A model generated the notes under the pieces. The model ran no database searches. It was not told where the DNA came from and saw only the letters and a list, made by a program, of their open reading frames with translations. This document shows positions 44,755 to 54,026 of a stretch of 64,000 nt of DNA, in pieces. Numbering within the stretch: position 1 is the first letter of the stretch; each line of letters opens with the position of its first letter. The stretch is from a virus (lineage: Duplodnaviria; Caudoviricetes). The stretch lies in the IMG/VR virus record IMGVR_UViG_3300026549_000051, positions 47,103-111,102 of that record; one strand, written 5' to 3'. The position numbers were made by a program, and so were the translations under genes.

Positions 44755-47226
44755 ATGTCCACTCGATGGCAAAACAACCCTCATCCGCATGGAAGAGTGC
44801 CGATTTATTATGCGAATAACCGCCTCTATAACGGGTCCTACGCCCCGACAGAGGCTCCAACGCGTACCAGTCGTCGCATCCACGATGGTTTCGTCCTGAG
44901 TAACAATTACGGCCTCGACACGACATCTGACGACATTAATTCGTCGCTCTATTCCAGCCCATACTACATTAACGGGCGTTATAACTCGGACAATCTTACT
45001 ACTCAGCGAGCCAACTCAGCCTCTGTCCAGGGAACAGAGTTCCTGCTGTCACCACTTGAAACCACGGCAGACTTCACCGATGATGACATTCAGACCACTA
45101 TTGAGATGTGGCAAGGAAAGCAACTTAAGTTCGTTATCCCATATGACGGCAAGGTGGTAGGCAACACTATTACTCTTAAGAACACCGACGAATGCACTGG
45201 CATTCTCTCTATCTACTTCTCGACTAAAGAGGGCGGTGAGCCAGTTTACGAGACAGCAATCGACTTATGCAAGGTGTCGCCTGACCGTTTTGAACACTTT
45301 ATTCTCCATTCAATGACTGTCGTGCCACAGCAGGCCAACCCAAAGAAGAAACTCTATGTGCGCATGGAGATTTGGGACGAGGTAGACCAGAAACGCTCTG
45401 CTAACCCATTCAACACTGGGCGAAAAATAGAGATAGCGGCTACCGGCTTAGGCAATCATCAGGCGTGCGTCTATAAGCTCCAAGATAAGAACGTCATGGT
45501 AGATGAGCATTATGACTACAAGGACTATCCTAGCCGACCGCTCATTGGTTTAATTTATAGTGACTACGAGTCTGTTCCGACTGACCGCATCGACAATATG
45601 AAGACCGGCGCCACGGTATCACTCAATGGTTATCGCTACGACATCTTCTGCGTCAAGAATGGCAGTGGGGCGCAGGTGCTTATCTATGATAAAGAGATGA
45701 ACAAGCTCGTCGAGGGCACCGATATTAGCGTGGACGGACGCATCAAACAGCTCAACATTGCTCAGGCCACTGACACTAATAAAAACACTTGGGTTTATTA
45801 TGTCGATGGTTATTCGCCACTTCAACGTTTCAAGATTGGCGAGTGGCGCAGCGAGGCGTTCCCTACGGGCTCCGCCGACTCCGTGAAAGCAGAGATAGAT
45901 GATAGTGTTTTCTTCGATTCCGATTTAGGGGGAGCATCTGGCACCTATGTGTTCACTTATACGGGTGGACACTGGGAATATAACGAGACAGAGGTCTCAC
46001 TCAGTACCTATGGCATATCATTGATTGGCGGTGGTCCAAGCGAAGGCTCGACTATCACGGTCGTTTATACTGTCACCGACGGTGGCACTAAGACTATCGA
46101 GAGTATCGAGTTCGTGGATGCTCGCCCGGTCGTGGGAGCTAGCCTGATTGTCCACCATAATAACCGCCTGTATTTAGCAGGTTTTCGCAACGATCCAAAC
46201 CTTGTCCAGATTTCATCCATCGAAAAAGACGGTCCGAATTACACGCTGTTCCCATACCGCATCTATGTTCCTAACCGTAGCCCTTACGACACGTCACTTA
46301 ACCCAATTACGGCTATCGTAGAGTATTCGACCGATGAGATTATGATTCTCGGCAAGAGTTTCTATGCTCGCTTCCAGTCTAATGTGAATATTGAAGACGG
46401 CACACCTAGCCAGGTTTCTTCATATATGGATTCTGCGGGCGTACAGGGCCAAGGGGATGTAGTCAACTACAAGGGGGTATTGTACTCATTTGACCAGAAA
46501 GAAGGCATTAGGCGCTATTCTGGGGCCGTCTGGAGCAAATTACCGACGACCGTCGACAGTCATTATGACCGTGTGGATATGACGAAACCACGCAAGATTT
46601 GGGGCTATGCCAACAAGCTTTACTTCAATTACACTGACAGCATTGATGGCAAAGCGAAATGTCTTATCTGGGATATGCAGATGAACTACCAGCAATACCC
46701 GTGGTTCCAAGATGTGGACATTCCATTCTGCGACGCTCGCTTTGACGAAACAGAAGACCTGATTGGCATCCATCCTGACTACCCGTGCATTATGCGCCTA
46801 TACGCAGAGGACATCTGGGCTCGCCTAGACACACCTATCGTGTTCCGCCGAGATACTAAGTACCTCTCCCTTCCAGGCAATGCCGCGGATATTATTGTCA
46901 AGCGCGTCCACGCCAAGATTATTAACAACGCCAACCGATGGTGGTATCTATCAATCAACGGCGATAAACAAAATATGACCCAGTTTAGGGGTCATGATAA
47001 ATATTATCGTCAGCCAGTCTGGGACACCATTACGGTCCAGGAGCCTGCCGAGACGCCATTCCCATTTGAGGATGTGTTCGAGGAAAATGCTATTTACCAG
47101 ATGTCACTCACGAACATTCGCTTGCAATGTTCGGCCGTTCAGGTAAGAGCAAAAACAAAGACCTTCCGCAACCAAGCTAACCTGGTTAGCATTGCACTAG
47201 AAGTTCAACCGCATCAGTTCTTATGA
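44755..47226 (+). CDS. Probable tail nozzle (tail tubular protein B / P22 gp10-like)
   Basis: 823 aa, beta-rich, HNNRLYLAG and ITAI propeller-type motifs. Confidence 0.65.
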   Translation: MSTRWQNNPHPHGRVPIYYANNRLYNGSYAPTEAPTRTSRRIHDGFVLSNNYGLDTTSDDINSSLYSSPYYINGRYNSDNLTTQRANSASVQGTEFLLSPLETTADFTDDDIQTTIEMWQGKQLKFVIPYDGKVVGNTITLKNTDECTGILSIYFSTKEGGEPVYETAIDLCKVSPDRFEHFILHSMTVVPQQANPKKKLYVRMEIWDEVDQKRSANPFNTGRKIEIAATGLGNHQACVYKLQDKNVMVDEHYDYKDYPSRPLIGLIYSDYESVPTDRIDNMKTGATVSLNGYRYDIFCVKNGSGAQVLIYDKEMNKLVEGTDISVDGRIKQLNIAQATDTNKNTWVYYVDGYSPLQRFKIGEWRSEAFPTGSADSVKAEIDDSVFFDSDLGGASGTYVFTYTGGHWEYNETEVSLSTYGISLIGGGPSEGSTITVVYTVTDGGTKTIESIEFVDARPVVGASLIVHHNNRLYLAGFRNDPNLVQISSIEKDGPNYTLFPYRIYVPNRSPYDTSLNPITAIVEYSTDEIMILGKSFYARFQSNVNIEDGTPSQVSSYMDSAGVQGQGDVVNYKGVLYSFDQKEGIRRYSGAVWSKLPTTVDSHYDRVDMTKPRKIWGYANKLYFNYTDSIDGKAKCLIWDMQMNYQQYPWFQDVDIPFCDARFDETEDLIGIHPDYPCIMRLYAEDIWARLDTPIVFRRDTKYLSLPGNAADIIVKRVHAKIINNANRWWYLSINGDKQNMTQFRGHDKYYRQPVWDTITVQEPAETPFPFEDVFEENAIYQMSLTNIRLQCSAVQVRAKTKTFRNQANLVSIALEVQPHQFL

Positions 47227-47574
47227 TTTAGGTATTTCTACATGCAGCTCGTTGGCAAATATTCTTATTTGCCTTCTGAGCCGTATAAGGTCTAGTTGGC
47301 TAAAATAAAACTCGCCTAGCTTCTTAAGGTAGGCGTTTTTTTGACGCAGATGGTCGTTAGAGATAACCTCTTGGTCGATGCAATCTAAGAAGGCGCCACT
47401 AATGTCCATTTGTTTAGCCTCTTTGACGATGATACTCTTAACGAAACTGCTGTTCGTGAGTATTCTAGCGAGCGTCTTAGGTGGGTATACCGATACCAGA
47501 TGCGCCGCTAAAACACGATACGGGTCGTCGTAGGCCCGATTGAAGACGATTCTTTTCCCATCCATTTTATACAC
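47221..47574 (-). CDS. Hypothetical protein
   Basis: Last gene of a minus-strand island within the late region. Confidence 0.55.
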   Translation of the reverse strand: MYKMDGKRIVFNRAYDDPYRVLAAHLVSVYPPKTLARILTNSSFVKSIIVKEAKQMDISGAFLDCIDQEVISNDHLRQKNAYLKKLGEFYFSQLDLIRLRRQIRIFANELHVEIPKS

Positions 47575-47884
47575 CCCATGAACTTTTATTTCGACGACTG
47601 CCCCGGCGACGAGAGTTCTCTTTCTTGCTACGGTTAGTGGTACGGGAAACCACTCTCAGATTGCTAGCTGAGTTATCTCTCGGGTTGCTGTTCTTGTGGT
47701 CAATCTCTCTGCCATCGCCAACCTTAGCTCGCCCGGAGCGAATAGCCGAGCGACGCGCGTTGTTGCGTGCCGCCCGGTCTTTCTTTGCCTTATCAGAACT
47801 CTGGAACTTACTGTACTCATGGGCAATACCAGCAGCTGTACGCTTCTGTTTGCCGTTTGAGTCAGTATACCAAAATCTCCCCAT
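47567..47884 (-). CDS. Small basic HNH endonuclease
   Basis: GDGREIDHKNSNPRDNSASNLRVVSRTTNR. Confidence 0.75.
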   Translation of the reverse strand: MGRFWYTDSNGKQKRTAAGIAHEYSKFQSSDKAKKDRAARNNARRSAIRSGRAKVGDGREIDHKNSNPRDNSASNLRVVSRTTNRSKKENSRRRGSRRNKSSWGV

Positions 47885-48345
47885 TAGGCTCCTGCTGCCT
47901 GTGCCAATCTCTGTTGGTATTCTTTATATTGGCGTTCGGCATCTTCCTTCGAGGTGCCATTTAAGACAGCCTTGAAGATGTCTAGTTCATGTTGCTTGTT
48001 CATATATGCACGACGGCGTTCTTCAAGCTCGTCGGCTTCTTTCTTATCTTCTGCGATAAGCGCGTTATATGCTCCGGCTAGTTCATCAGTAGTCGGAAGG
48101 GCACGCCATTCAGCTTCGATGTCGGCATGCTCAATACCACGGCGCCACAACAAAAACACGGCGTTAGTGGCCTCTGACGCAATCCAGGTTTTCAACAATG
48201 CTTCGTTGATTGGATTACCATTAACCATACCTGCGGCGTCATTAAAAATAGTTGGGATATTAGAGAAACGGGCAATGTCGTTCTCGTCCGTCAAACGCTC
48301 TAATACCTTCTTAACGATTTGGTTTGCTTGCTTAGCTTCTTCCAC
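47884..48345 (-). CDS. Hypothetical helical protein
   Basis: AAGGAGG RBS, GTG start. Confidence 0.6.
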   Translation of the reverse strand: MEEAKQANQIVKKVLERLTDENDIARFSNIPTIFNDAAGMVNGNPINEALLKTWIASEATNAVFLLWRRGIEHADIEAEWRALPTTDELAGAYNALIAEDKKEADELEERRRAYMNKQHELDIFKAVLNGTSKEDAERQYKEYQQRLAQAAGA

Positions 48346-48389
48346 AGCTTTGCCTCCTTTATGTTACTAATATAAATATAACACAAAGC

Positions 48390-48716
48390 CTAGGCGGCGT
48401 TCAATTCGGCGATAGCCTCGTTGATAGTCTTTAGCTGGTTGGCTGTGCTAATAATGTTGCTGCGCAGTTTGTCGAGACCAGTCTGGTAAGATTGCTGAAT
48501 CTTTATCTGGTTTGGTTGATAAGTCTGGGTATCGTACTTAATCTTATCCCGTTGTGGAAAGTTCGAGTAGAGTGCCCCGGCCGTGTTCGCATTCGACATG
48601 ATAGACGCATAGTCATTGCGACGCGTGTTATCAAGATTCTGCATAGCCAAGTCCCGTTGCTGTTGCAGACTATCCCTATACGCATTAATGAAGGGATCTA
48701 TTGTGTCATTAATCAT
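48390..48716 (-). CDS. Possible internal virion protein
   Basis: Gln/Asn-rich coiled coil with a GALYS motif; leaderless-type start. Confidence 0.5.
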   Translation of the reverse strand: MINDTIDPFINAYRDSLQQQRDLAMQNLDNTRRNDYASIMSNANTAGALYSNFPQRDKIKYDTQTYQPNQIKIQQSYQTGLDKLRSNIISTANQLKTINEAIAELNAA

Positions 48717-48738
48717 ACCCTTATTTTATAATATAAAT

Positions 48739-48852
48739 ATGACAAAGCAATTAATTCCACGCGTCACACCTGATATGCTGAAAAATCAGCCGGATCAATT
48801 TTGCGACATCCTAAATAAGGTGATTGACGCAATCAATAAGCAGAGCTCCTAG
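48739..48852 (+). CDS. Small protein (37 aa)
   Basis: TATAAT-6 nt-ATG; MTKQLIPRVTPDMLKNQPDQFCDILNKVIDAINKQSS. Confidence 0.5.
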   Translation: MTKQLIPRVTPDMLKNQPDQFCDILNKVIDAINKQSS

Positions 48853-48892
48853 TTTTTCCTAGTTCACCTCGGTGAGTAGGTATAATCATAGT

Positions 48893-50035
48893 ATGAGCAA
48901 TTGCAATAAATGTGGGCAGGACCCGTGTGGCTGCAACCGATGCGAACCGGCACGATATTCGTGCAATTTCAGCATCCAGGCAGACCCATATGATGCTTCT
49001 ACTTGGCTAGTCAACAACTGCGGTGGCTTGCACCGTGTTAAGATTCCAAAGATTAGCGAAACCTGCACGAACTTATCTACTGATTTTTCAACAGCTAACT
49101 TAATTTACAATGGCGAATGCGGCCAGTCCGTTTTGTCGGGGCGCCAATTAGGCGAACTCATCGAGCTAGATGACTTGCGCGACGTCGAAGCCCCAGACGC
49201 AGACTCCTGCGACCTATTAGTATTCGACCCAGGATGTGCAGACTGTGGCGATGGTTGTAAGCCAAAGCCAGCCATGTGGCGCAACTACCACATCCCTGAT
49301 GCGGGCGAGTGCGAGATTGAGCCTGACAGCAATGGCTATTACCATGTGCTTATCAAGGACGATTGTGGCTGTATCAAAGAATGCCGCTTACCAGTAGTGC
49401 CAGAAGGTAGCGCAATTATTAACTACGTGCGCGATTCTGTGCCTGATGACCCAGATTTCCCGTGGTATTATGGCAACTACAATGACACCATCAATCTTTA
49501 CCTAGCACAGAACTTTGCTCAGTGGTTCGGTAAGTATGACCTTGAAGTAACTATCAATTACGGTATCCAATGCGTCCGCCCAACCGCAGGTAAGAACGTG
49601 AACTTCCGTTCGCTCATCGTTCCTGTGGTAGAAGGCACGACCCCTAATGTTGAGATGATGTCATCAATCTTGCAAGATGACTGTTCGACCCGTAACTTAG
49701 CGAATGAGCGTGTTATCCCGTGGGGCACGAAGTCCATGCGTGGCTCGTTCACCTTCATTGTCCCTAAGGGCAAAGAAGCCTACCTCCACCACGAGTTCCG
49801 CCTTCGCACAGTTGACTCTGGCTCGAACTATTGGATCAGCGCAGAGTATGACGGCAAGATTGTCCCAGAGGAAATCGCTGGCCAAATCAACAAAATGCCT
49901 CATAATGCTTCTCGCTTACACGCCTTACAGGTAATCGTTAAGCCGGCTAGCGGCGTCACGAGCTTTGACCCAGTTAAGGACGCTGACCGCACACAACTTG
50001 ATGCGCCAGTTGATTTATACCCTAACATCGGATAG
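48893..50035 (+). CDS. Cys-rich structural (fibre/collar) protein, paralogue 3
   Basis: CNKCGQDPCGCNRC; ETCTNL...LDDLRDVE module. Confidence 0.65.
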   Translation: MSNCNKCGQDPCGCNRCEPARYSCNFSIQADPYDASTWLVNNCGGLHRVKIPKISETCTNLSTDFSTANLIYNGECGQSVLSGRQLGELIELDDLRDVEAPDADSCDLLVFDPGCADCGDGCKPKPAMWRNYHIPDAGECEIEPDSNGYYHVLIKDDCGCIKECRLPVVPEGSAIINYVRDSVPDDPDFPWYYGNYNDTINLYLAQNFAQWFGKYDLEVTINYGIQCVRPTAGKNVNFRSLIVPVVEGTTPNVEMMSSILQDDCSTRNLANERVIPWGTKSMRGSFTFIVPKGKEAYLHHEFRLRTVDSGSNYWISAEYDGKIVPEEIAGQINKMPHNASRLHALQVIVKPASGVTSFDPVKDADRTQLDAPVDLYPNIG

Positions 50036-50043
50036 GAGAGTAG

Positions 50044-50814
50044 ATGGCAGTAAATGTTAACCAGACAGTAGAGTGGAGAGCAGGCGCTGGTACGCCAGTC
50101 AAATATTCTTTCTCCATAAACGCGCAGGCTGAGGTGGTAGGCTCTACGAGCACTACTATATCTGTGCGCTTGTGGGGAAACCTCTCCGTCACTAATCATC
50201 CAACGAACAGTCGGAACTCTTGGCCAGCATCAGACTTCGCCGTGCTGACCTTAGGTGGATATGACCCTGCGGACTACCAATTTACGCAGGGCACTTCGTA
50301 TTACGAGGCAGCATTACCAACTCTGCCGAATGCGCCCCAGTCATATCTTGACGCTATGCTTGTCGAGTTCCGTGGCGATACCTACATCTCAGATGGCGCT
50401 AACCGTTCATCGTTGTGGATAAAGAATAGCGGGGTGGTATTGAATAGTTATAGCGCAGAAGGTACGCAAACGTTCCCTATCGACCTCACTTTCACGGTCA
50501 CGCTAACGGGCGACCGTGAGCAACCGATCCTTATCTGGAACTCATCAGGAGCTAGTAGCTCCACCTCATATGGGTGGCTTACTCATCAAGTCTGGCTCTC
50601 ATTGGTTGACCTAGATTATCGTCCTGGCGCGATACTCAATAGCAGTAGCGTCTGGCTCTCGCATAACCGTTCGGGCGGCACTGCCCATGTGCTCAACAGC
50701 AGCGGTAAGTGGGTGGAAATGCGGACGATTAACGGGCTCTCATCCTCAGATAATCCGCCTAGCATAAGGCTGAACAACAAATGGTTTAACCAACGAAAAA
50801 TTGGTAAAGAATAA
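50044..50814 (+). CDS. Probable structural protein
   Basis: Ser/Thr-rich beta protein, last gene of the late operon. Confidence 0.55.
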   Translation: MAVNVNQTVEWRAGAGTPVKYSFSINAQAEVVGSTSTTISVRLWGNLSVTNHPTNSRNSWPASDFAVLTLGGYDPADYQFTQGTSYYEAALPTLPNAPQSYLDAMLVEFRGDTYISDGANRSSLWIKNSGVVLNSYSAEGTQTFPIDLTFTVTLTGDREQPILIWNSSGASSSTSYGWLTHQVWLSLVDLDYRPGAILNSSSVWLSHNRSGGTAHVLNSSGKWVEMRTINGLSSSDNPPSIRLNNKWFNQRKIGKE

Positions 50815-50844
50815 AAAAAGACCCCTAGCAGAAGGGGTCTTTTT
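50813..50844. terminator. Bidirectional terminator at the late/early convergence
   Basis: AAAAAAAGACCCCT-AGCAGA-AGGGGTCTTTTT. Confidence 0.85.
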
Positions 50845-51183
50845 CTTGCCCGGCGTGTAGAAAAACTAAAGTTTGGGTCAATAATTATCTAATGTAAGTT
50901 TTGCCGGGCACCTGCTCGCAAAAAGCTCTATGTAAGAAAACTCGAAAAGTGAAGGATTCCAATTTCCTAACGAGCAGGATGTATATAAATGAGAGGTACT
51001 TCCGGTGCTCTTTAACGTCTGCCGGACTAGAAGACTATTCTTCCTCCTTTCGTTCGTAATCATTGACATAGACTTCGCAGTCGCCCAATATGGACGCCAG
51101 TCTGTCGTGAAGTTCCGTCAAGTCTCTAAGAACTTTCTTCAGCTCCCAAGCATTCTCTTCGCCGATTGCATATGACAACTTCT

Positions 51184-51678
51184 TCATTCTTCCTCCTCTC
51201 CGCAGAGTTTGGCAAGGGTATAAGAATTTTCAGTTTGTAAATCATAAATAAAGAAGCTAATAAACTCAATATCATAGTGTCCTACACTAAACCTTGTCCC
51301 TGCTGGCAATGTTTTAATATTAAATTCGTAATAATCGGCATTAAAGCCGTTTGCCTCTGCCCACGCTCTAACTGCTTTGCGGATTTTCTCGTCTTTGATG
51401 AGTGGCTCGGCTGGTTTCTCGTCCTCCCGTTCCTTGTGGGACTGGCAGTATTCTTCCCAGCCCTCTTTGAACGCTTCAAACGCGGCATCCCAATCCTTTT
51501 GGGCGAACGCCGACGCCATCCAGCCGCCGATGACATATGCGTCCCCGTTATATGATGCGAACGGGATTGAGTCGCGCCATTCTCTGATTGCTTTTACGAA
51601 CAGAATGCCAGCCTCTTGCGCCGCGTTGTAGCATCGCCTCTGGTAGTCTGTTAGCTTCTCGAGTTCATCTCGTGTCAT
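51184..51678 (-). CDS. Hypothetical protein with EPLIKDEKIRKAVRAWA module
   Basis: C-terminal module shared with 54027-54410. Confidence 0.65.
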   Translation of the reverse strand: MTRDELEKLTDYQRRCYNAAQEAGILFVKAIREWRDSIPFASYNGDAYVIGGWMASAFAQKDWDAAFEAFKEGWEEYCQSHKEREDEKPAEPLIKDEKIRKAVRAWAEANGFNADYYEFNIKTLPAGTRFSVGHYDIEFISFFIYDLQTENSYTLAKLCGEEEE

Positions 51679-51935
51679 TTGTCGCCCTCCTGTTGGCCAA
51701 TGAAGAAGCCATATTCATTCTTGAGATGCCTGTATTCTCGTCGCCATCTATATGGCCCCTGCTTCCTTTGCCACTTTCTGCTGTTTATCCCTCGAGGTTT
51801 GCGTGGTCTGATTTTTCTTCGGAACTCCACGAACTCATCCTCCGTGATGGGCTTATTGTGGTATGCTTTGAGCCACTCTTGGACGATAGGTCGATGTTTT
51901 CTAAAGTTTGGGTGTGTAAAATCAAATTGTTTCAT
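51675..51935 (-). CDS. Basic hypothetical protein
   Basis: ATGA coupling at both ends. Confidence 0.55.
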   Translation of the reverse strand: MKQFDFTHPNFRKHRPIVQEWLKAYHNKPITEDEFVEFRRKIRPRKPRGINSRKWQRKQGPYRWRREYRHLKNEYGFFIGQQEGDK

Positions 51936-52060
51936 TTCTTGCCCTCCGATTCGCTTCGCTCATCCTCAACGCGTGGCGTTTCGGTCAAACCAATCAATGG
52001 CTTCGGCTGGACGGGTTCGACCTCGACTATCTCGCCTGTCTTTTTATTTCTGAGCCTCAT
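51932..52060 (-). CDS. Small protein MRLRNKKTGEIV (42 aa, not in ORF track)
   Basis: N-terminus matches 54410 MYLRNKKTGEVV; ATGA coupling. Confidence 0.5.
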   Translation of the reverse strand: MRLRNKKTGEIVEVEPVQPKPLIGLTETPRVEDERSESEGKK

Positions 52061-52287
52061 TGTTCTTTGAACTCCGTGATTTCTTTTTCTATCTTAGATA
52101 CGTCCGCGAACTCTTTATCCTCGGTCGTCTGCACCTGGCGAATCTTATTGTAGCCTTCCCAGGTCAGTTGAATGCCGTCCATCAGGCGCTTGAACTCGCG
52201 CTTGTCTAGGTCTTTGAATAGGTCGACGGCCTGCTGAAATCTTGCTTCCACCTTATCCTTTACTTTGTGTTTCTTCCAAATGGCCAT
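52057..52287 (-). CDS. Hypothetical protein
   Basis: 76 aa in the operon. Confidence 0.55.
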   Translation of the reverse strand: MAIWKKHKVKDKVEARFQQAVDLFKDLDKREFKRLMDGIQLTWEGYNKIRQVQTTEDKEFADVSKIEKEITEFKEQ

Positions 52288-52589
52288 AGGCTAAACTTCC
52301 TTACTGGTTTTTCTTCGACCTTTGTGCGTGGTCCACGTGTCACGCCTTTATCTTTACGCGTCTTACCACCGGTGCCACGCCTGCTAATCTGACCGCCTTT
52401 ACGTCCGGCCGCCTTAGCTCGTTCTAGGCCCGTCATACCGTCCTTGCCGACGACATTGCTGGCAAATCCTCGTGGATTCTTCGGCACTTGACTGCCGCCT
52501 TTTTTGCCGATGCGAGCATAAAAGTCTGCTCCGTGCCTCTCTTTGTTAGTTTTGGCTGCTTTTAATCCCCCTTCGCGGCTCCCCGCCAT
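52260..52589 (-). CDS. KGG-repeat stress-protein-like (Con-10/YciG-type)
   Basis: HGADFYARIGKKGG...GFAS...AKAAGRKGG. Confidence 0.7.
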   Translation of the reverse strand: MAGSREGGLKAAKTNKERHGADFYARIGKKGGSQVPKNPRGFASNVVGKDGMTGLERAKAAGRKGGQISRRGTGGKTRKDKGVTRGPRTKVEEKPVRKFSLWPFGRNTK

Positions 52590-52600
52590 ATATACCTCCT

Positions 52601-52900
52601 TTATTTAATTGCTTCTTCTTTTGCTTCGCGCCATTCTTTAGCGGATTCGACCCTCTCCGCAATAGCTTGGTCGATAGCGTCACAAAAGACATCTTTAATT
52701 TTTTCGTCGAGAGCAGTCGACAGGATAGCGTATTCAGCGTCTGACAATTCAAAGTTATGTGACGTCTGCTCAAGTTCTTCAACGATCATTTCGCCTAATG
52801 CGATATGGTTCCAGTCATCTACATGGTCAGTATCAATAATGAAGTCGACGATGTAGTCGGTGAGCGTGGGTTTCTTGTAGTTCACAGGATAGTCTACCAT
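52601..52900 (-). CDS. Acidic hypothetical protein
   Basis: AGGTGAGG RBS. Confidence 0.6.
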   Translation of the reverse strand: MVDYPVNYKKPTLTDYIVDFIIDTDHVDDWNHIALGEMIVEELEQTSHNFELSDAEYAILSTALDEKIKDVFCDAIDQAIAERVESAKEWREAKEEAIK

Positions 52901-53110
52901 TTATACCTCACCTTCTTTGATGAAGTCGGCGACTTCTTTTAGCGTGTCTTTATAGACTTGATATTCAGTATCCTGAATAAGCATCTCTAGCTTGTTCAAG
53001 ATGGTTTCTTTTTTGATGAGCCATGCCTGGTGGGCGACTTCGATGCCGTCTACCGGTTTGAGGTCGTCAATATTGTTAACCTCGGCATATAAATCTTTTA
53101 TCTTGCTCAT
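52901..53110 (-). CDS. Hypothetical protein (MSKIKDL)
   Basis: Homologous to the N-terminus of 3278-3739. Confidence 0.6.
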   Translation of the reverse strand: MSKIKDLYAEVNNIDDLKPVDGIEVAHQAWLIKKETILNKLEMLIQDTEYQVYKDTLKEVADFIKEGEV

Positions 53111-53154
53111 AAAACTTCTCCTTTCGTTTATGATTATGGTTCCCCTCTACTTCG

Positions 53155-53183
53155 ACAATAGCAAAAGGGTTTTAATTTGTCAA
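53155..53183 (-). promoter_or_regulatory. Sigma70-type promoter
   Basis: TTGACA-17 nt-TATTGT with TG extension. Confidence 0.65.
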
Positions 53184-53923
53184 CTTTTCTGCTTAAGTAT
53201 CTCGTCAATCAGGTCGAATGCTTCGCCAGTGAATGGGTTTCCGGCCGCCCTCGCCGTGTCATGTTTGCCGGCTTCTTCCATAGCCTTCTCCCAATCTTCA
53301 TGGTTGGCATATGGGGTAGGGTACTCTTTAGTGCCGAAGACTAGGCGCCATTCTCCCCACTTAGCAATGCGCTTAGGCTCGCTATAGAACTTCATGTCGT
53401 ATTTATCTATAAGCTTTTCAACCTCATCCTTAAGCTCTGGCACCTTCAAGTATTCCAAGAATGTAGCGTAAGCTCTTAATGGCTCTTGGTCTTTATGCGA
53501 CTCGTTATAATCGTGGATGAGCTTAAAACCTTTCTCGACTACGCCTAGCACATAGCTTTTGGGGTAGAGCACGTTGCCACTCTTAAACATTGTCACCAGG
53601 CGACCACTATGGATGAAGTCGTGGTCTTTTTTGCATATAGCAATACACCTCTCAAACTTTCCAGTACCCTCTAGCCAGTCATAAGAATATAGCTCGTGGC
53701 TATGGAGCTGACCCTTCGGCGGATCAACTCCACAAATTTCGCATTTATATCCTGCGTTGAAGTAGCAACGCTTACGCACCCTGTTCCACGCCGTGGCCCC
53801 CATAATCTTTCTAGGCGGCAGGCCATGTAGTGGACGTGGCACATTGGGCATCGTCAATAGCGGTACTCCAGTCTCAGCAGGGCAGTTCCATTTCGTTACT
53901 TTTTTTACATCATATTCTGTCAC
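53180..53923 (-). CDS. HNH-family nuclease
   Basis: WNRVRK...CEICG...LHSHE...ICKKDHDFIH. Confidence 0.7.
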   Translation of the reverse strand: MTEYDVKKVTKWNCPAETGVPLLTMPNVPRPLHGLPPRKIMGATAWNRVRKRCYFNAGYKCEICGVDPPKGQLHSHELYSYDWLEGTGKFERCIAICKKDHDFIHSGRLVTMFKSGNVLYPKSYVLGVVEKGFKLIHDYNESHKDQEPLRAYATFLEYLKVPELKDEVEKLIDKYDMKFYSEPKRIAKWGEWRLVFGTKEYPTPYANHEDWEKAMEEAGKHDTARAAGNPFTGEAFDLIDEILKQKS

Positions 53924-54026
53924 TCTTCTTCGTCCTCCTCCTCACACATTTCGCGCATGACCGCCTCTCCTTGGCTCCACCATGCGTCTCGAGTTTCTAA
54001 CTCTATCATCTCATCTTCTGGGCTAC

